The notes beneath the pieces were generated by a model. It made no database searches. It saw only the letters and a program-made list of their open reading frames with translations, and was not told the DNA's origin. Of a stretch of DNA of 64,000 nucleotides, positions 62,963 through 64,000 are shown one piece after another. Location of the stretch: positions 368,186-432,185 of the forward strand of contig NMRA01000088.1 in the NCBI GenBank assembly GCA_002633005.1, given 5' to 3'. A program made the translations under genes and the position numbers. This DNA is from Phoronis australis (Eukaryota; Animalia; Phoronida). Within the stretch, counting starts at the first letter, position 1, and the number at the start of each line of letters is the position of its first letter.

Positions 62963-63387
62963 ATCCTCATCGTCATCATTACCAACGTCGCGTCGTCGTC
63001 GTCGTCATAATCATTATCATCATCATCACTATCATCATCATCATCATCATCGTCATCATCACCATCATCATCATCATCATCACCATCAGTAGCAGCAGTA
63101 GTAGGCGCTTGGGAATTCTTATTTGTACTNNNNNNNNNNNNNNNNNNNNNNNNNNNNNNNNNNNNNNNNNNNNNNNNNNNNNNNNNNNNNNNNNNNNNNN
63201 NNNNNNNNNNNNNNNNNNNNNNNNNNNNNNNNNNNNNNNNNNNNNNNNNNNNNNNNNNNNNNNNNNNNNNNNNNNNNNNNNNNNNNNNNNNNNNNNNNNN
63301 NNNNNNNNNNNNNNNNNNNNNNNNNNNNNNNNNNNNNNNNNNNNNNNNNNNNNNNNNNNNNNNNNNNNNNNNNNNNNNNNNNNNNNN

Positions 63388-63432
<45 letters not shown>

Positions 63433-63455
63433 TTCATCATCATCGTCATCACACT
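62963..63455. repeat. (ATC)n/(GTC)n microsatellite spanning an N gap
   Basis: ATC repeats on both sides of the N run (63130-63387). Confidence 0.93.
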
Positions 63456-64000
63456 ATCTTTATCAATATCGGCATCGTCTTCAATATTATCATTTCCAAC
63501 AACATCGACCTCTTTTCCCATTTTCGTTTTTCTCCTTCTTCTGTTCTCGTTCTTCCCATTCTACTTTGGATTTGTTTTCCTTCTATGTCTTGTTCGATCA
63601 TTTGTGTTTTACTGTTTCGCTCCTTCAATCATTAAATTTAATGCCGTTATTGAATTAGCGGTGTATGGAACATGTCTTCAAGTGACACGCTTGAGGTGGG
63701 CCAATTACGTGTACAGCATTATTCAAGCAATTATTGTAAGGACAGAAATGATAAAACAGTTGATGGCGCACTTGTAGCACAATACGTATCTTCAACTTGA
63801 GAGGAATGTTTTTACATTGACACGCAAACTTGATCTGTGTTACTACTTGAATACTCTTATTCAAATAACCGTGGTTTTCCAGAACTCTCTCCTTGACGCA
63901 ACAAATCTAATGCGACTCCTGAATGCTATGTCGTATCTCATTTCTCCACCAAGTCATTGTCTGAAAAAGTTACCACAGAAGTTCAAACATCTTCTTGCCG

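Noticed and set aside
62887-63777. 296-aa ORF and overlapping poly-His/poly-Met ORFs
   Set aside because: Produced by (ATC)n repeats and an N gap.

Overview
AT-rich (~37-40% GC, estimated by eye) intron-rich animal DNA, most likely from an invertebrate bilaterian, with two scaffold gaps. It is not prokaryotic: there are no operons, no CRISPR array and no recognisable RNA genes. Two spliced housekeeping genes face each other in the left half. PITHD1 (+) is represented by its last five coding exons (1230-7994); its start lies upstream of the window. MRPL15 (-) is complete: 4 coding exons, 28579 to 11344, 293 aa. Their introns and flanks contain many non-autonomous DNA transposons (MITEs), hairpin repeats, minisatellites and a few decayed transposase/retroelement fragments. 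The right half (~28.6-64 kb) has no gene I can identify. It is richer in CpG and strongly enriched in CACGTG E-boxes (25 counted, none noticed in 1-28 kb), with three full CRE palindromes, D-box-like sites, an E-box+TATA candidate promoter and orphan exon candidates. This suggests the regulatory domain or long introns of a bHLH/clock-type target gene. Other points of interest: a minisatellite that multiplies a PITHD1 splice donor, a PITHD1-MRPL15 linkage that matches an inferred pre-vertebrate gene order, and a long intronic hairpin with a pseudoknot-like partner. I cannot support a claim of a wholly new biological system from the sequence alone.
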